From a phage: DNA of 64,000 nucleotides. A program made the translations under genes and the position numbers. Positions 62,582-64,000 of the stretch are shown in pieces (position 1 is the stretch's first letter; the number at the start of each line of letters is the position of its first letter). Below the pieces are notes generated by a model that was not told the origin of the DNA, made no database searches, and saw only the letters and a program-made list of their open reading frames with translations. The stretch is taken from the NCBI GenBank assembly GCA_024875585.1, contig GCA_024875585.1_4107.1; one strand, given 5' to 3'.

Positions 62582-62835
62582 TGATGTTTGAACAGGACGT
62601 AGAGCTATTCAAAAGACATATTGAATATTTGACTGTTTTAGAGAATGATTTAACCACAAAATACAAAGGAATTAGAGTCCAGTGTTGGTATGATGACTGG
62701 GATTATAAAAGGGAACTTACTATTGACCGAATTTATTTCAGTGATGGTGTACTGAATGTACATGGTGTAAATGATTTTGGTCATTCATATACATATTCTA
62801 ATAATGCTAAATTTAAAAGGATCTGCAATGAATGA
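62581..62835 (+). CDS. hypothetical small protein (84 aa)
   Basis: ORF; KYKGIRVQCWY resembles neighbours. Confidence 0.55.
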   Translation: MMFEQDVELFKRHIEYLTVLENDLTTKYKGIRVQCWYDDWDYKRELTIDRIYFSDGVLNVHGVNDFGHSYTYSNNAKFKRICNE

Positions 62836-63130
62836 ATATTATCATAATTTATTCGATTACATAAAACTAATAGATGATCTTTCTTTTGAATTTCTCAGTA
62901 CTGAAAAAGTTGATGAACCTCTCTATTATGATTGTATTAGTTCACTGTGTTTAGATGAAAAAGAGATATTAGCAAATAACTTACCATCCACGGTCTGTGT
63001 AATCAATGGTTCCAAGGCTGTGGTGTCTGAGGTTAATTTTCATAAATCACTTAATACAATTGTTTACAAGTTCGATAACACTTGGTTTAATCACGTAACT
63101 AGTAATATTAAATCTGTGAGATTTTTATGA
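62828..63130 (+). CDS. hypothetical protein (100 aa)
   Basis: start moved to first ATG (track 62771). Confidence 0.5.
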   Translation: MNEYYHNLFDYIKLIDDLSFEFLSTEKVDEPLYYDCISSLCLDEKEILANNLPSTVCVINGSKAVVSEVNFHKSLNTIVYKFDNTWFNHVTSNIKSVRFL

Positions 63131-63423
63131 ATATAAAAAAATTATTTGAACAAGTAAATTTATTGTACTTGTGTTCAGACGGCTCAGATAAGGAATATAG
63201 TGAAGTTTATTTAGAACTATTTAGAACTGAAATACATCTAATTCGAAGATACCTAATTGATAACAAAACTGAAGTAAAAGTTAGATACCATAATGGTACT
63301 TTAAAGAATGGTATAATTATTGGATTGATAGTTACAAGAATGTCCAGTAATATTAAAGTTGCAGTAAGATTAATGACTGATGATGGTGTCTACACAATAG
63401 AAGCTAATGAGATTATATATTAA
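63127..63423 (+). CDS. hypothetical protein (98 aa)
   Basis: ATGA overlap. Confidence 0.55.
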   Translation: MNIKKLFEQVNLLYLCSDGSDKEYSEVYLELFRTEIHLIRRYLIDNKTEVKVRYHNGTLKNGIIIGLIVTRMSSNIKVAVRLMTDDGVYTIEANEIIY

Positions 63424-63729
63424 ATGGATATACAAACATTCAATAAACTAAAGTACTATGATAATGGTTTTGTATTAATAATTAACGAACTTGATAGTAT
63501 ACCATACGAATATCATAATCAAGTAATGAATATAGTAAAAAATATATGTGAAGAACTAAAAAGTATATTTAAAAATGAATATGTTTATGATTTAGGTAAT
63601 AATAGAACAAAACTATACATAAAGAAATTCTGGGGAACACATTGTGGTTTGATGGTCGATTTGGGTTTAAGTTTAGACAATAATTTCGAATCATGTTCAT
63701 TATATTTGGACGAAATGAGAATCTCATGA
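63424..63729 (+). CDS. hypothetical protein (101 aa)
   Basis: ORF directly after previous stop. Confidence 0.55.
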   Translation: MDIQTFNKLKYYDNGFVLIINELDSIPYEYHNQVMNIVKNICEELKSIFKNEYVYDLGNNRTKLYIKKFWGTHCGLMVDLGLSLDNNFESCSLYLDEMRIS

Positions 63730-63746
63730 GACATAAGGACATTCGG

Positions 63747-63766
63747 TGATATAATTTGATTATATC
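63747..63766 (+). promoter_or_regulatory. TGATATAAT -10 box within palindrome GATATAAT-TTG-ATTATATC
   Basis: extended -10 consensus embedded in perfect 8-bp inverted repeat; SD AAGGAG follows. Confidence 0.4.
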
Positions 63767-63786
63767 ATTAATAAGGAGAGGTTGAA

Positions 63787-64000
63787 GTGAATGGGTCGTT
63801 TTTAGAAATACTAGAAAAGACAACTGGGATGCTTTCAAGTTCACTAATGCACATTTTCAGTACTAGTAATTTTTACGATTCGCGTGTGTTAGATGTAATT
63901 TGTAATAGCTATGTTGAATGTGTGTCTAATACAATATGTCCATTTAACGCTTATTCAAATGATGGTGTTGAAAAGTTTATTATATCCAAGATTCAATGTG
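63787..64000 (+). CDS. hypothetical protein (5' partial, runs off window)
   Basis: GTG 8 nt after SD AAGGAGAG; open frame to window end; adjacent ATG frame stops after 4 codons. Confidence 0.4.
   Translation, partial: MNGSFLEILEKTTGMLSSSLMHIFSTSNFYDSRVLDVICNSYVECVSNTICPFNAYSNDGVEKFIISKIQC

Noticed and set aside
2411-63844. All minus-strand ORFs in the track (for example 2411-2686, 10112-10399, 28237-28671, 46469-46765, 61763-61996)
   Set aside because: Each is fully nested inside a better-supported + strand gene, lacks an SD, and is the kind of open frame expected by chance on the antisense of AT-rich coding sequence. The window is consistently + strand.
1-64000. Integrase, transposase or IS element that would mark a mobile island
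   Set aside because: No recombinase-like ORF or terminal inverted repeat pair was recognised; the repeated elements are promoter/terminator cassettes and paralogous genes, not insertion sequences.

Overview
This window reads as a segment of a large, AT-rich virulent dsDNA phage genome, probably infecting a Gram-negative enteric host; that attribution is inference from promoter, RBS and gene content, not a database match. Every supported gene is on the + strand. (1) 1-12.9 kb: an early-type region of about 40 small ORFs, most with their own near-identical sigma70-type promoter, a structured 5' leader hairpin and a strong SD, plus four copies of a ~95-bp terminator/promoter element. (2) 13.1-20.6 kb: a tandem array of about 31 paralogous ~70-aa genes (Family A, LGTNYQE motif), mostly joined by overlapping stop/start codons. 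(3) 19-50 kb, and again at 57.4-58.7 kb: an array of about 50 paralogous genes of 110-240 aa (Family B) sharing only a short E-E-x-[YF]-F-Q-x-S-[LT]-[VI]-x-D core motif. This is the most striking feature and I cannot assign it a function. (4) 50-63 kb: recognisable enzymes (phage Dam-family N6-adenine methyltransferase, an HxGH/SxTxxR nucleotidyltransferase, T4-like RNA ligase 1 and polynucleotide kinase/phosphatase) among further small paralogous proteins (Family C). A ~570-bp GC-richer ORF-free stretch at 49.9-50.5 kb is a candidate structured RNA. No tRNA, rRNA, CRISPR array, integrase or transposase was recognised. All coordinates were hand-counted from the sequence and may be off by a few bases; similarity claims are from memory of protein families, not from searches.
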